Origin: Eremomyces bilateralis CBS 781.70
Taxonomy: Eukaryota
NCBI GenBank assembly: GCA_010015585.1
Contig: ML975173.1
DNA length: 64,000 bases
Strand: one strand, 5' to 3'
Positions within the stretch are counted from its first letter, which is position 1; each line of letters begins with the position of its first letter. Shown here piece by piece: positions 12,605 through 26,259 of the stretch. The notes under the pieces were generated by a model. The model was given only the letters and a program-made list of their open reading frames with translations. It had not been told where the DNA came from and did not search any database. The position numbers and the translations under genes were made by a program.

Positions 12605-13563
12605 CTTGAGCGGTGAGCTCTCATGCTATGAACAGCTTCAGAAATGACGGAAATGTATCAACTATCAAGAATTCCTCTTAATAGATCCATAACCTGGACT
12701 CTTTTGAGGTCATCAAATACTAGGAGACAGAAACGATGCCGTCCTCGCATTATTGCTGCCTGTTACTCGAAATTGGCGAGTCACTGAGGGCGTGGGAAAG
12801 TGGACATGCCATTTGACGCTATGGCTTCACCTCGAACACAGCCTTTCTTTTCTCCACGGTCTTCCATCTCGAACGATGAGAGTACACCTCAGCACCGGGC
12901 TTGGGATTAGTAGCCTTTCCGGTGAAGGTATCTACGGTATTCTCTACGATCGATTGCGACGCCGAGGCATATCAGCCGAAGTCAGAGTGGTACAACATGC
13001 CCGGGCCGTGCTCGGAACCAGTTGGCCAGTTTACGAAGCTACCTGAAAGCACCCCCGGAATCGGAGCTTGATAACCATGAGGCAGTCCGCAATAGGCATG
13101 CCTTAGTAGCAGTACCTTCAGAGTTCAGACCATTGAAAATCGATTGTGCTAGTAGAGCTTTTCTTGAAAGTGCCTGTACATGGTTGAGCAAGATGGCTCC
13201 TTTTCTGTTGAATCGGATCTTTCTTCCTACCCTTTCTTGTCTGTATACCCCTATCAAAAGGTCTTGATCTCATCAGTTTCTACAATATTCCGTACTTACC
13301 TTCTCTTATGAATCCTTTCTGCTATTGTCCCACTTTTATCCTGCTATCCTAAGAGGCCCAAATTAGTTCGTGATCGCTAGTCGAGGATCCCCGCATCTCC
13401 ATGTTTATCTGGAAGTTTTCGGCAATTGTCCTATTGCCGTGAAAGCTTACTTCTCGCCGCGTGAGGCTTGAATTCCATTCTACTAAGCTCATTTACATAC
13501 CGGTTGTGAATATCCCGTTCAAAGGTCATTGAGAATACAGAACCCTTTTGGAACACTGTCAAA

Positions 13564-15579
13564 ATGCCGTTTCTTGCTCAGAGTCATATCCCGATTCCGA
13601 CCCAGGACCTTTTGTCCTGGATGTTCGACAATCCTCAGTATGATGTGGATATGCCGATTTATATTGACGCTGCCAATCCGCAAAACTCAATATCTAATCG
13701 ACAGGCGAAGCTTATGATCAGAAAGATGGCCGCTGGTTTCAAAAAAGCCGGGCTTCAAAAGGGGGATGTTGTCTGTGTGCATTCATTCAATGATGTAAGT
13801 GGGGGCAGCTTCCAACAAGAACCAATAGCCCGAACAGATGGAAGCGTACCCGTTCCGTTATATACATCGTGTTACAATCCTCGAAGTCCTCATCACTCCA
13901 GGAAGCATGTGGCCTTGAATTAGGTGTATGGTTGTATCTTTGGTAAACTGGATACGCTTCCATGGCTTCGGGTGCTTGATGTCTTTCATACGAGTTCAAA
14001 TGGCTGTGTCCTCGTATATGGACGCTGACATGATTTCGTTCTCAGATATATTATCCGATTGCATTCCTGGGTATCATAGCAGCAGGAGGCATCTTCGCTG
14101 GCACGAATCCATCATACACCCCTTACGAAATCTCGCACGCCATTCGAACCGCCCAGATCAAGTTCTTCATTTGCGAGCCGGAAGTCATGAAGAATGTCCT
14201 CACAGCCTCCGAGACGTGCGGGATACCGAAGAAGAATGTCTTCGTCTTCAACTCACGCGGCCAATCTGTTCCAGCTGGGTTTGAATCGTGGACATCCCTC
14301 ATGTCTCAGGGAGAAACGGATTGGGAACGGTTCAACGATAAATACACCTGTGAAAGCACACCGGTTGCAAGACTGTTCAGCAGCGGGACGACCGGATTAC
14401 CGAAAGCATTGGACACCACACACTACAACTTTGTGAGCTGGCCCTAGAGGAAGTTTTGCAATTGTCACTAATATGTGCATAGATTGCCCAGCACACCCTG
14501 GTGGTGGAACATCGACCACGCCCCTATCCAGTAAGTTGACGCCCTTAGAACTATAGTGCATCATTGACGGCTTTGCAGTTGCGAAGATTGGTTTGCAATC
14601 CCCTGTTCCACGTCAGCCAAGCTCCTCGGGTTCATACCAGTGCGCTTCGAAGTGGAATCACCACATACATCATGCGCCGATTCGAACTGGAGCCATGGTT
14701 GAAGAATGTTGAGCGATACGAAATCACCGAACTGAATTTCGTGCCGATGATGGTCATCACGGTCCTCTCGTCTGGACTTGCAACAAAATCGACGTTCCGA
14801 TCCATACGGAGCGCTTCATCTGGAGCGGCTCCATTGGATAAAGCGCTTCAGCAACGCTTCCAACAGTACCTCGCCGATGATGTACCATTTAGCCAGGTAT
14901 GTAGCACGCTGATACTCATTTTCCTCCTCTAACGAATCGCAAGGTTTGGGGCATGAGCGAAACAAGCTGCATTGCCACCATGTTCTACTATCCGGAATAC
15001 GATGACACAGGAAGCGTTGGTCGCTTCATTCCCAATTGTGACGCGAAGCTGGTCGATGACAATGGGAACGATGTCAGTCGACCGGGTATTCGAGGAGAAC
15101 TTTGCGTTCGAGGACCGATCGTCATTCGCGGATATTTTAATAACCCAAAAGCGAACCAAGAAAGCTGGGATGAAGATGGATACTTCCACACTGGAGACAT
15201 TGGCTATTGCACAGAGGACTTGATGTTCTACATTGTCGACAGGAAAAAGGAGCTGATCAAGGTTCGCGGCTTTCAAGTGGCTCCCCCAGAGCTGGAAGCC
15301 GTTCTCCTGGAACATCCCAACATCATCGACGCTGCCGTCATTGGAGTTCAGAGGGGGAGCGAAGAATCGGAGCTTCCAAGAGCCTATGTGGTCCTTCGGT
15401 CAGGAACTTCTGCATCGGAATCGGAAGTACGGGATTTCTCGAGTGCTCGCCTGGCGAGATTCAAGAATCTCGATGGGGGCGTGCAGTTCGTTGAGTCCAT
15501 TCCAAAGAACGCAAGCGGGAAGATATTGAAGAACCAGTTGAGAGAGTGGGCGAAGAAGGAGATGAGGGCCCGTCTCTAG
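13564..15579 (+). CDS. 4-coumarate-CoA-ligase-like acyl/aryl-CoA ligase with peroxisomal PTS1 (ARL), 5 exons
   Basis: FSSGTTGLPK (AMP-binding box), WGMSET, GELCVRGP, FHTGD, DRKKELIK, PKNASGKI; C-terminal -RARL. Confidence 0.92.
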
Positions 15580-16245
15580 AGCTAGGAAGTCGATCGACAT
15601 TTGGGGCAGAATTGATGGCATGCGCTTGGGGTATTTTGGGAGTTTCCCTTTATACGAATACAGGTACATAGAGGCGAAAGCACCATTTCATACTCCTTCA
15701 ACTGCCTGTGTGGTGAGGCCCGCGGGCTATCCACATTTATATACTATCTCCATCCTTCTTGGATTGACATGCGAATAGGCCGGTATAGAACCGAGGTGGG
15801 ATTTCAGCCCATGACAGATTCCTTGCTCTAGTTCTCATCGTCTGCATAAGGATTCCCTTAATAATGACCATGAATCATGACGGATGAGGACTGGTACTTT
15901 GTGTCTAACCCATTTGGCGCTTTGTCGGTGTCGGTGTCGCGGAATGGGAACAAGTTCCTCTCGGATCAGTGGTAGTCAGTGTATCTTGTTTCTTGATAAT
16001 ATTTAATCGCCCCTTGACGTTATTGTCTTTGCCATCCATCTATTCACAATCTCGCCTAGTCGAGGTCTGAGTCAAGGGACCTGTATTTCCCTCTGAAGTT
16101 GTGTCTGACAAGTCTACCTGGTATGTATAATAGTTGACCTTGGGTCGTAGTCGACCATGTGTCTGTTGTGAAAGCCGGATAGGCTTTAGCTCCAATTTGA
16201 CAGAAGCTGTGGAATGTTCGGATTCTAGTGGTGACCTCTTGCAGG

Positions 16246-16611
16246 TATGAGGCAATTGCGCTCTCTATCCTGTCCGATTTCCTAACTTGGTATTTCGTTG
16301 GTGTGGCCGTAAATCGCCTGTACTTCCATCCTCGCGAAATTCCCAAGCTACAAACTTACTACTCAGTCAAAATGGTACAAGTTCTATTACGATATCATCT
16401 ATATCAGGAAATCTGGCTTCGGGCTTCAAGGTATGCATAGTAGATACGGTATGGTATGATAGATGCTACTCAGTCCTATTAACTCACTCCTCCGGAGCCA
16501 ATCGTTCGAGTTACCCCTAAGGAGCTTCATATTCCGAATTTCGAATTTTTGGATGAACTCTCGGTAGCCACATCGTACAAGTTGGTTGCGTTTACAGAGA
16601 TAGTACCTTAG
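16246..16611 (+). pseudogene. Truncated, frameshifted cytochrome P450 N-terminal remnant
   Basis: Membrane anchor, RLYFHP, a frameshift, then AKFPSYKLTTQSKWYKFYYD...MHSRYG|intron|PIVRVTPKELHI...FLDEL and a stop at 16609-16611; no heme-binding region follows. Confidence 0.75.
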
Positions 16612-17174
16612 TAACATGCCAATAAATCGTTGCTGCTCTTCCCCTCCCCTACTCCTCACCGAATCCGCTCTGCCCCCTGCACGGCTCCCAACTCGTAATC
16701 GTTTCCCTCTCCAGGTCTATCGTCATTGGTATTACTAGCCTCATCGTCGATGGTCGTCATCTATGCCCCAATTCTCGCCCTCAACTTATGCCTGACTAGA
16801 CAGAGGGTAGCTCGACCATTACCATGGGGGATCATGTCGGTGGTCAGAACCAGTTCTGGGAAACTGCCCCAAACCATGGTATTGAGCGTAGGATGAAAGC
16901 ATACAGTGGTATATGCTATCCGAAGAACTTATGAATCCTTAACATTGACTGAAATCCCTAAGGCCATCTATTGCTTTGGCGATACTAACAAAACTTATTG
17001 CTACTAACACTTATTTGTTCTTTGGATCGCTTAGATACCGTACCGCTTTCATAGACGGTATTACGCGGTGTATACAAAACTTCAATCCATAATTGACTGA
17101 TATAAATATTTAGAGTCGCACCCAAATGCTATGCAATGTCAAACCAATACAGGAAATTGCACCCTGCCCGTATT

Positions 17175-18996
17175 CTAGATCTTGGGCTGAGCGGCGCCAG
17201 TAATGCCGACAGGTGCACTATGGTTAGTCACAGTGCCGCTCCTAGTCAAGAGCTTTCTCTTCCCATCCTTGGTAATGGGCAGGTCGTCGTCATACTCGCG
17301 AATGTAGAACGCCCAGTCGCACGTTTCGTCTAATTCGGTTTGACTATAACCGTTGCCGAGCCAAGCGAACCTGTTACCTGCATACCCAATCTCGTAGTCC
17401 TCCAGACGTAGCTCCTGCATGGCTTCAATGTAATGGAGTGTCGACCCGGGCCATAGTGCGGTGACGGTATCGTCGACCGCAGAGGCCTTGTACCAGGAGC
17501 GGCAAGGATCGGCCCAGACGGTGCGCTTCATAAAGAAGTCCTTGTGGGCGACGAAGTCCTGGATCGCGGCCTTGGTTGGGGAGAAGGTGCGGATGTTGTG
17601 GGTTTGCCATCTATCGACGAGTTTGAGCATGTAATCAGCTTGAGTCTCTGTTTGTTGTGTTAGTGAGCTGCCTTCATCGGTACAGGACTGAATAGATCTT
17701 ACCAATGGCAGAGAGGACAGGGCCGTTTCCGATAGGGCAATTCGGGCCAAGGAACAACATGTAGTTTGGGAATCCTGCCGCTGAGACACCAAGGTAAGAC
17801 TCGGCCTGTTTTGCCCACTCGTCCTGAAGGTTGGCACCGCCAGGTCCAATGATTGGGAAACGAGGCTTGAAGCCCGTGTCAAAACCTGTCGCGCATATCA
17901 AGACATCAACAGGATATTCATTCCCATCGTCGCAAACACAGCCGCGCTCGGTGACTTTGGTGATCTCGCCATACACAACTTGCACGTTCTCCTCGCCAAG
18001 AGCTTCGAGGTAGCCCACTCCTGGAGTCAGGCGGCGGCACCCAACAGACCATTCCGGGATAAGTTTTTCCTCGAGGAACTGGTTGTGGAGCTTCTCTTTC
18101 ATCAACTCCTTCATGTAGTCGCTAGTTTCGCTGTTGATCTGGGAGCCTTTGAGGAAGATGCCGAACTGAGCGTTGAGGCCCGATTCAACGTTCTTTCGGT
18201 ACTCGGTGAGGGCACCTGGCTTCCCTACAAAGTCCTGTTTCTCCTCCTCCGTGTACTTATGTTGTTCGAGACCTTGAACCGGCGAGACCCAGGTTGGCTC
18301 ACGGATGAATGTTGTGCATTTTGACACATGTGGTTGGATGGTGGGGAGCACTTGGATACCGGATGAGCCATTTCCAATGAGGCCGACGTGTTTGCCCTTT
18401 AGCTCGACGTTATCATCCCAGCTGGCGGTGTGCAGCAGTTTGCCCTTATAGTCGTGGAGGCCGGGGATGGCCGGCCATTTCCAATGGTTCAAAATACCGG
18501 AGGCATTGATGAGAATGTCGCAGGAGTCGACGATTTCGGTCCCAGCGTTGAGGTCTTTAATGTGGACATCGTATCCAGCTTGCTTCTCGTTCCAGTAGGC
18601 GCCGGAGACCTCGTGCAGAGGCTTGATATACTGGTGCAGATGATATTTCTGTGCGAAATCCTCAAAATACTGATTGATCTCTTTGCTGCCTGCGTACACG
18701 GCAGACCAGTCAGGCTTCGGTTCGAAGGACCAGGTGTAAGTATGCGCAGGGATATCGCAAGCACATCCAGGATACCTGTTCTCGTACCATGTCCCGGAAA
18801 TCTTAGGGTTCTTCTCATAGATGGTCAAGCTATAGTTCTGGAAATGGCGTTGCAACTTGTATGCTAGTAGAAGACCTGAAGCACCAGCACCAACGCAGAT
18901 GATACGGACGTGTCGTTCGGCATGGATTGGGCCCAGGAGTCGACGTTGGGCGTCACTCTCTGGGTTGCCAGTCCGAGGAGGTATCTGGTTGGCCAT
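17175..18996 (-). CDS. Flavin-binding Baeyer-Villiger monooxygenase (StcW-like FMO), 2 exons
   Basis: GAGASG; GTWYENRYPGCACD; YKGKLLHTASW (BVMO fingerprint); GNGSSG; ATGFD; intron at about 17649-17702. Confidence 0.93.
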
Positions 18997-20324
18997 GGTG
19001 TGAGGAGAGGACTAAGTCGTGAGAAGTGCAGTCGAGTCCCGGACAAGGCGAAAAGAACACGAGAAAGAGCCTAGAGATATCTCATGGAGAACTGAAGGAG
19101 AGAGGGAATAAATTCAATGCTCCTATTTGAGGCAAACCAATATCTCATATAGCGGACAATCTTTGTCCTTCGGTAACCCATCGGGAACACAACAACACCG
19201 TAGAGTAAGACCCCTCTCCTTTCCAAAATCATTGCACAAAGTTAGTCTCATAATCTGTTAAACGAAGCTGCCGCGGTGTGGACTAGTTGAAGATTCCAAG
19301 GCGTTGTAGTTGCGGTCCCGCCCTATGGCGGTGGGAAACTGATTCATGGGTTTTGGGTATCAATGGGGTCAGTGGATTTTGACGAGTCAATTTGCGGGGA
19401 GAATCTGGATACTGTTTTCCTGTTGAGACTCGAGCGGGTTCATCATTTGTGGACCGAACCCAGCCTCGGGAAATATCCCAGGTGCGCTCTGAAGCATATT
19501 GCGGTCGAAGGGAATCGGAAACAAGAAAATCGTCGTTGGTTCTTGAAGTCGTCTAGTCTGGGGTCTGCTCTTTTCAATTTCCACTTATTCAGTCTTCAAC
19601 TATAGTCTGTACCGGCAGCCAGTCCGATGGTTATTTTGGCCGATCTGCTTAAGCAGTAGATATTTGATACCACAATCACGCACTCGCGGCGGCGGAATGG
19701 ACTGTTGCTATTAAATCTCAGCTGCGGAAGTAAATTTCAAGAAGATGAGAACGTCTTGCGCCTACCGCTTAATTTCCCCCTTTCCTAGTCCCGCCTGTGG
19801 CTCTACTACCATCGAGATGGTACGTCCAGCAAACCATGATCGGGTGCAGGTGGTGTGAAAAGCGGCTAAGAGACGCTCCAGTCTCCACACATCATGTTGC
19901 TAGTGGGGACTGGGGAGCCATTCCCCGCATCGTGATGATCTTATTACAACCTAGCCGCTCGGCACTCACGCGCTTCTCCGTAAGACCGCAACAGACACCT
20001 GGAATGTTGTGCAGAGAAATGAATTAGGATTTAGGGGTAGCTCCCCTGTTATTAGTCGTTCGGATATGGTTCGGATCTTCATCAGGGGTGAATGAATCAG
20101 TCGCAAACAATACGCGAGTCCTTCCTGACTCGTGCAAAGTCTGATCAGCTCAGATGCGGCACTCCGTCCATGCAGAATCCATCTCCACACCATTCTGGTT
20201 TAATAAACGTGCTAATTACATACCTGCTGATGTAGGTTCTCTTCTCGCGTTCTCTCCCTAGGGGGCTACTCGCTGGCATTGTTTTGTATGCTGAGGATCT
20301 CGCACCAAGACCGATGCTGTATCT

Positions 20325-23300
20325 CTATAGGTTCACCACATTTTGGAAACCCTCGATCACTTTCTGATCTACATTGGACAACTGCTCCTCATTGAACGCT
20401 GCCTGTCCCCCAGCACTGTCCACGGCCTGGGTCATGACTTCTCGCACCACCGCGATGATGTTGACGGATCGTATCGGATCGGAGAACGTAAGATGTCGTC
20501 GCCTAGCGTCCTCAGGGGTATCGGGAGGACTGAGGGTATCCGCTGAAAAGACCATTGAACTATGAAGGGAGATGTTAGCAGACCGAGATTCCCATTGCTT
20601 TGAATGGGACTTACTCGACGGTTTTATCATTCTGGCCCTCGATGAGCTCATAGATGATATCCGTCCACGACGTCATAAAGTCCTGCAGTCGTTCCAGTGC
20701 GATTTTCGTCCCGAGTCCGAACACTTTCGCCAATCCCAAATTCATCAGCTTTCTCTTTCCCGGATCGCCAATGTGCTCCGTATGGTTAAGCCATTCATCA
20801 ATCAGCCATCGCATGCTTCCGAATTCTTCTCCTTTCGTACTCGCGATCCGGTCCGCGTCGGGAGACTGTTGGGTCCGGAGGTTCACAGCAGAATGCCCCC
20901 AGAGAGCTAGGGCATCCTGGAGTATCAACGGATTGACCCACGCAATCCGGGCAATGATACTGAAAAGGTCACTTTCCATTGGGCCTTCCACGTGTTTCCA
21001 TTTCCAAAGTCCGTTTTCTTCCGTGCTGGCACCTTTCTGAGCCCGTCCTCCAGCCGTCTGTCCTCTGGATACTCGACGAATATAAGTCCCTCGCAGCGCC
21101 CCGAGAATATATCCCCAAATCCCGCAGTCGATCATGTCACTGACAAGGATTCTGACACCTGCTTCACCACCCAATCCAGTGGCTACACAGATTATCGTCT
21201 CCAGGAACGCAAGCACGAGGCCATGGGAATCCGGTTTCAAGGATGAAGGCCGGTCACTCTCATCATTGTTGCCGTCGACCAATAGAGACGCAAGGACTCG
21301 GAGCAGTTCCTTTCGGGACCAATCGCCGAGCACATCTCCTGGCACCAGCAAAAGATACCCTTCGGCAACCTGAACCGCGACTCGCAGGAGCTCCGAGTCC
21401 ATGGTAAGCAGTTCGAAAAGAAAGGAAATCAGTTGCATCAAGCCATCTGAAGGCCTGGGCTGAGATGGGGTGTTCGAGATGACCTTCTCCCACAAGTCTA
21501 GGACATCTTCGAGTAGGAATACCCGGAGGGGTGAACCCGGTTCCAGCGTTGCTCGAATTATTGCGACGCATTGTTCCTGATATCTCACAGATTGGTCTTT
21601 CATCGCAACGACAATGCTTCCCAGCGTAGTGCAAATGAACTGGTTCACGATTTCCGTTCCTTGCTCCTGGTGCCATAGCTCTAGGAGCGTGGTGACGATA
21701 TGGTCCCCGTGTGGCGTGATCCTGTCTTCCATCCGCTCGACGATGATACGGATGGTCTGGAGCAAGGTCAGTTTGCTTTCGATCATGTCGAACTCCCGTA
21801 TCATGAGCAAGAGCCGTTGCATGATGATGTCCGCAAAAGGTTGGAACACCTCCGGATCGAAGTCCCAATCATTGATAACTTGAGAGAGCTCTCGGCCCGC
21901 GGCAAATCGGACTACGGGGTCGTTGAGGATATCCGCCGGGTTCAGAAGATGCGTAAAGATTTCGTAGACCACGGCTCGGTCTTCTTTGGGTATATCGATC
22001 GAAGTCCACTGGCCAAGCAGGATCGCTGTCCGGCGCCGGAGAATGTGATAGTTCGGCCTCGTCATTTGGACTTCAGCCACCAGGGTCCGTTTTAGAAAGT
22101 CTGAAAAGTTTAGGTGCCCCCGTAACACCGCAGCCGCGAGCCCGATCGCGGTGTACACCGACTCTTTCAAGAGGACATCGCCTTGGTCAGGACCTGCGTA
22201 GGAAGAATCAGCAACGATCGCAGCATATAATAGTAAAAGTGAATTACCTGCGACAGAATTGAAGGTGTTCAATAGAGGGCCAATAGCCATGGACTTGTAG
22301 TGGATCGATATATCAAGGAATATCTTTTCCGCGCAACCCCGAATGGAGTATTCGTATGCACTGGAGTCGCTGTCCTCTCTCTGCTCCCAGTCTTCGGGAT
22401 CGTCACGCCAGTCCACCAGGTCCTTTGCGGTAAAACAGAAATACTTCGTCACGATCGTCCCAAGCATCTCCATTACCATCGATTCCGTGAACATCTCGGA
22501 CTTCATCACCTCCCTCGAGTTTTTGATCTCCCCCTTCTCTTCCTCGTGTCGATAGCGTAGCGACGGCGCCGGATTGAATATCATCTTCATACAGGCGCGC
22601 AATAAGAGCAGCCCTTTCAAAGCCAGCTTCTCCTCCAGAGATACCTCATCTTGGTCGTCGGCGTCAAGGTCATTGACATTCTGTACGGATTCGGGGGCCC
22701 TGGCACGGTATTTGTCACCAAACCCGGCTGCAATCGACCAATATGATTTCGCTACATCTAGGGCCCCGGGGAGTAGTACAAAGGCCTGCGGATGGGTTTG
22801 ACACATGGCCAAGTGGAGCTTCGCGAGCTGGTATGCATGGTCTTCGATAATCTTCAGGGTCGTCTCTGGCAAACCGGCTCCGTTCTGGGAGGCAATGCCC
22901 AGGTAATCTCCTAGGTGCTTGGCTGCAATCTGCCAGAACTGCTTCACTGTGTCGTCTCGATTTGGAAATTCATATCCGCAGATGAAGAGACGCCGGAGGA
23001 TTTTGAGCGCAAGCTGCGTCTGTCTGATGACAATGATGAATGCCTCCATGTCTTGAGGTCCCGTCTGCATGGATTGCTGCCATGAAGCACATGCACTCAT
23101 GTACTGCTGCCCGATGATCGAGACGAACTTCGGTCCCACCTGGAGCAAGACCTGACGATGCCGAATCATCCGCGCCGTGGAGAATTCTTTTACGAGCTGA
23201 AGAATGCAATCCAAAGCTCTTAAGTTACGGATGTGATCGGAAGCTTCGTAGCTTTGCTGAAGGGCGGCGGCTAGGCTATCGAAAAGATCAGGCCATTCCT

Positions 23301-23746
23301 TCGGGTAATCGAACCGCCCAATTTTGGCCACCATCAAGGCCGTCATCAAGCCGAGTCGATCATCCTCTTCGGACAGAGCCAGTTCAATCAGTCGAGAACG
23401 AACTGCGTCCTTGTCCTCCTTTGGGAGCGGCTGCGATGTCGCCCTCCTCCAATGATGATCTGCCACCCTTCGTAGCTGGATGATAGCCAGCTGCCTCACA
23501 TCTCCCGGTAGCGATTGGTCCGCGGCGGCGCCCTGTCGCGAATATCAGCCCGGCCCAATGATTTGAAGATTAGACATTTACTTGTAAAAGGGGGAAATAG
23601 CCGCTGGTGTGCTCCCATTCCTTAAGCTGGTTCGTGGCCACCTGAATCTGCTGGTTGTTGCCACAGACGCCCAAGGCCAAGGTCCGACTCAGAGCGCTCG
23701 TAGACAACGGGTTCGCCGCCCCCGGAGCCTCGATTGCAAACTCCAT
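20325..23746 (-). CDS. KAP120: Importin-11 / karyopherin beta, 4 exons
   Basis: N-terminal MEFAIEAPGAANPL..., AKIGRFDYPKEWPDL, LLKESVYTAIGL, ILRRRTAILLGQW; introns at about 23533-23581, 22194-22247 and 20560-20614. Confidence 0.9.
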
Positions 23747-24500
23747 GTTGAAATTTGGAAGGTGAAAACGGACCGAAAACAGGGCGTAATGGCGTTCAGT
23801 GAAATGAAAAGTGTGTGGGGGTTAGAATCAACTGAGCTGGCTCAGCACTCCATTAGAGAAATTCTGCGGTGAACGCGATATATCATCGTAGGGGAGCAAC
23901 ACAATGAAAAGTCTAGACTAGAATAAGTTATAAGAGACGCGACGCATTGATTTCACTCCCAGACTTATCAACGGAAAAAGTTCGAGTGGATAGATGTCTG
24001 CTTGCGTCAGTCGCTGTGAAGTGATCCACTCCGCTAATTCACCATACAATTCCACCAGACCTTTCAGGCGTATCAACAGAATCGGACGGAGGTGAGAGTG
24101 GTCGACGTTGGAGATCGCTTCCTTGTTGTTTCTGGTCTGATACTTCAGTCTCGCTTGCATGTGGTTGTTTTCACGCGTCACGCCTAATCAAGTGCGGGCG
24201 GTTTGGAAACATTTTGATTGGCCACAACGGCATTAGGATATCAGGTAGCAATAAAGAACCCCCAAGGAGATGTATAGAACTCCGTGGAGTAGCATTGCTC
24301 GTATGGTCCTTGATTATTCGGCTACGAAGCTAACTTTTGCCTGATCTAACGCTACATCGTAATCTCCAGATGAACGCAATTTTCGACTATTCAGAGTTCA
24401 TATCGTCCCGCAGGACATCATGATGGACTCAACTCCTGAATCACCGCCCGGTGCTACCAACGCTCCACTATATACTGCAATTTGAATCATAAGCGGTACT

Positions 24501-26259
24501 TCAGCTCAACAAATCATCGAAAGAGCTTCCGCCTCCTGGCTTCTGTCCCGTTGATTGCGTCCCAGGCGTACTGCTGCCGGCACTCGACGACTGAGGCGCC
24601 CCCCAGATCCCAGCGCTCGACTTCTGCTTCGCCATATCTGCCATCGTCATCGGTTTCGACGTCGACGTCGGCTTCGTGAAATTTGTTCCCGCCAGCAGAT
24701 CGGCGAACGGATCGCTGGATGCCGCGCTGGCAGGTTTGGCGCCCGGCTTCGCACCGATAGAACCCGATGGCGAGAGAACGCCGCTTCCGTTCGCGGCGGG
24801 GGTCGAGGCCCCGGTCCCGGCCTGTTGAGCGATTTGGACGGACGTGAAGTAGTTCGGACCGGAAGGCTGGAACCCCGTTGGCTTGGGTGGCTGCGACATG
24901 AGGCTGGGTTGTGATGCGGTCATGGAGGGGGTCGCTAGTGGTGGGGAAGATACGGACGCGAAGAGGGTGTTGATGTTGGCGCTTTGCGTCCCTTGGACGG
25001 GTTGCGGCGCCGCAAACTGGGTCGCGGATGTAGTGGTCGACACCGAGGCAGGAGGTGGAACGCTGCCAAGTCCGGTTGAGGTCGTCGCGGCTGGCTGTGT
25101 GGGGGCGGCGGACTGGAAGTCGTCGAACTCATCGTCATCCGCGGTGTTAGCCAATGCACTATGCCCCCCCGAAACAGGTTGCTTCCCAGTCGATGTTGAT
25201 GGGCCCGATGGGGCCGGGTCATCGAACGAGAAAAGGTCCACTTCTGGCTGCTTTGGCTTCTTATTCTCCGCTTTTGGCGGCGGCGCTGTCGAGGAGGTTC
25301 CATTATTGCGCTTCGGTGTCGCAGCGACCGCGCCTTCGTCATATTCGTCGTACTCTTCAAACCGATCCCCACGGGCCTGAGTATCTGAAAATCCAGATTC
25401 GTTGCCACCAAATCCACCGCCGTCCCCATATACTCCTCCGCTATACGCTCCATAGGCTCCTCCGGTTTCGCTACCGAAGCCTCCATACCGCGATGAACCT
25501 GAAAGGCCTCCGATGCCTCCTCCCAATCCTCCTTCGACTCCCCCATACTTGTTCCGGTTCGCTCGTGCCTTCTTTCGCTCGGTTCGGATCCGTTCGACGT
25601 CACTTAGAAGTTCTGCCAGCTCCTTGGCTCGATTCCGCACATTGATGCCTTGGTCCTTTCCGTTGTTGTCGATGAAGTGGAATTGGCGAAGCATCTTCAT
25701 TAGAGACAGATGTGACCGGGCATCGTCAATGACTCGTTCGGAGCCGTTCTTGATTAGGAACTCGAGAAGTTGAAGCGCCTAACATAGCATTAATTGATGA
25801 TTGAGGTCGTGCCATGATTTCCCAACCTTGTATATCTGCCTCCATTCTTCCGCCGTCTTCTCCGTAAAGCGCTTGTAAAGGATGGGCATAATCTCATTTA
25901 GAAGCTGGCTGTCGACGTATAAGCAGATCGAATACGCACAATCTCGAGAGGCATACTAATTGAACGTTGCGCTCGCAATCTCCTGCATCAGCGTGGACGA
26001 TGCACCCCATGGTTCGTTATTCGTGGCTTCTCGGACCTGCATCACGGTCAATCAACTGCACCTGGCATTCGCACGGAATCAGAACCAGCATACCTTCGCC
26101 TCCATCTCTGTGTAGTTCATCACGGCTACCATGGCCCATTAGTTCATTCCGACTCGATCCGTCGCGACGCTGCTCACCATTTTGGACTTTCCGGATGCCA
26201 GCTTTGACATCGTAGAGGCTCAGGTTGCTGACCTGGTCTTTGAGATTGTTGAAATCCAT
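24501..26259 (-). CDS. ENT3: Epsin-like ENTH-domain clathrin adaptor, 5 exons
   Basis: LSLYDVKAGIRKVQNAVMNYTEMEAKVREATNNEPWG, EWRQIYKAL, DQGINVR, DLFSF and DDEFDDF motifs, C-terminal FDDLLS. Confidence 0.93.

Noticed and set aside
23918..24181. 87-aa minus-strand ORF between ENT3 and KAP120
   Set aside because: No motifs or splice support; lies in the expected terminator/promoter space
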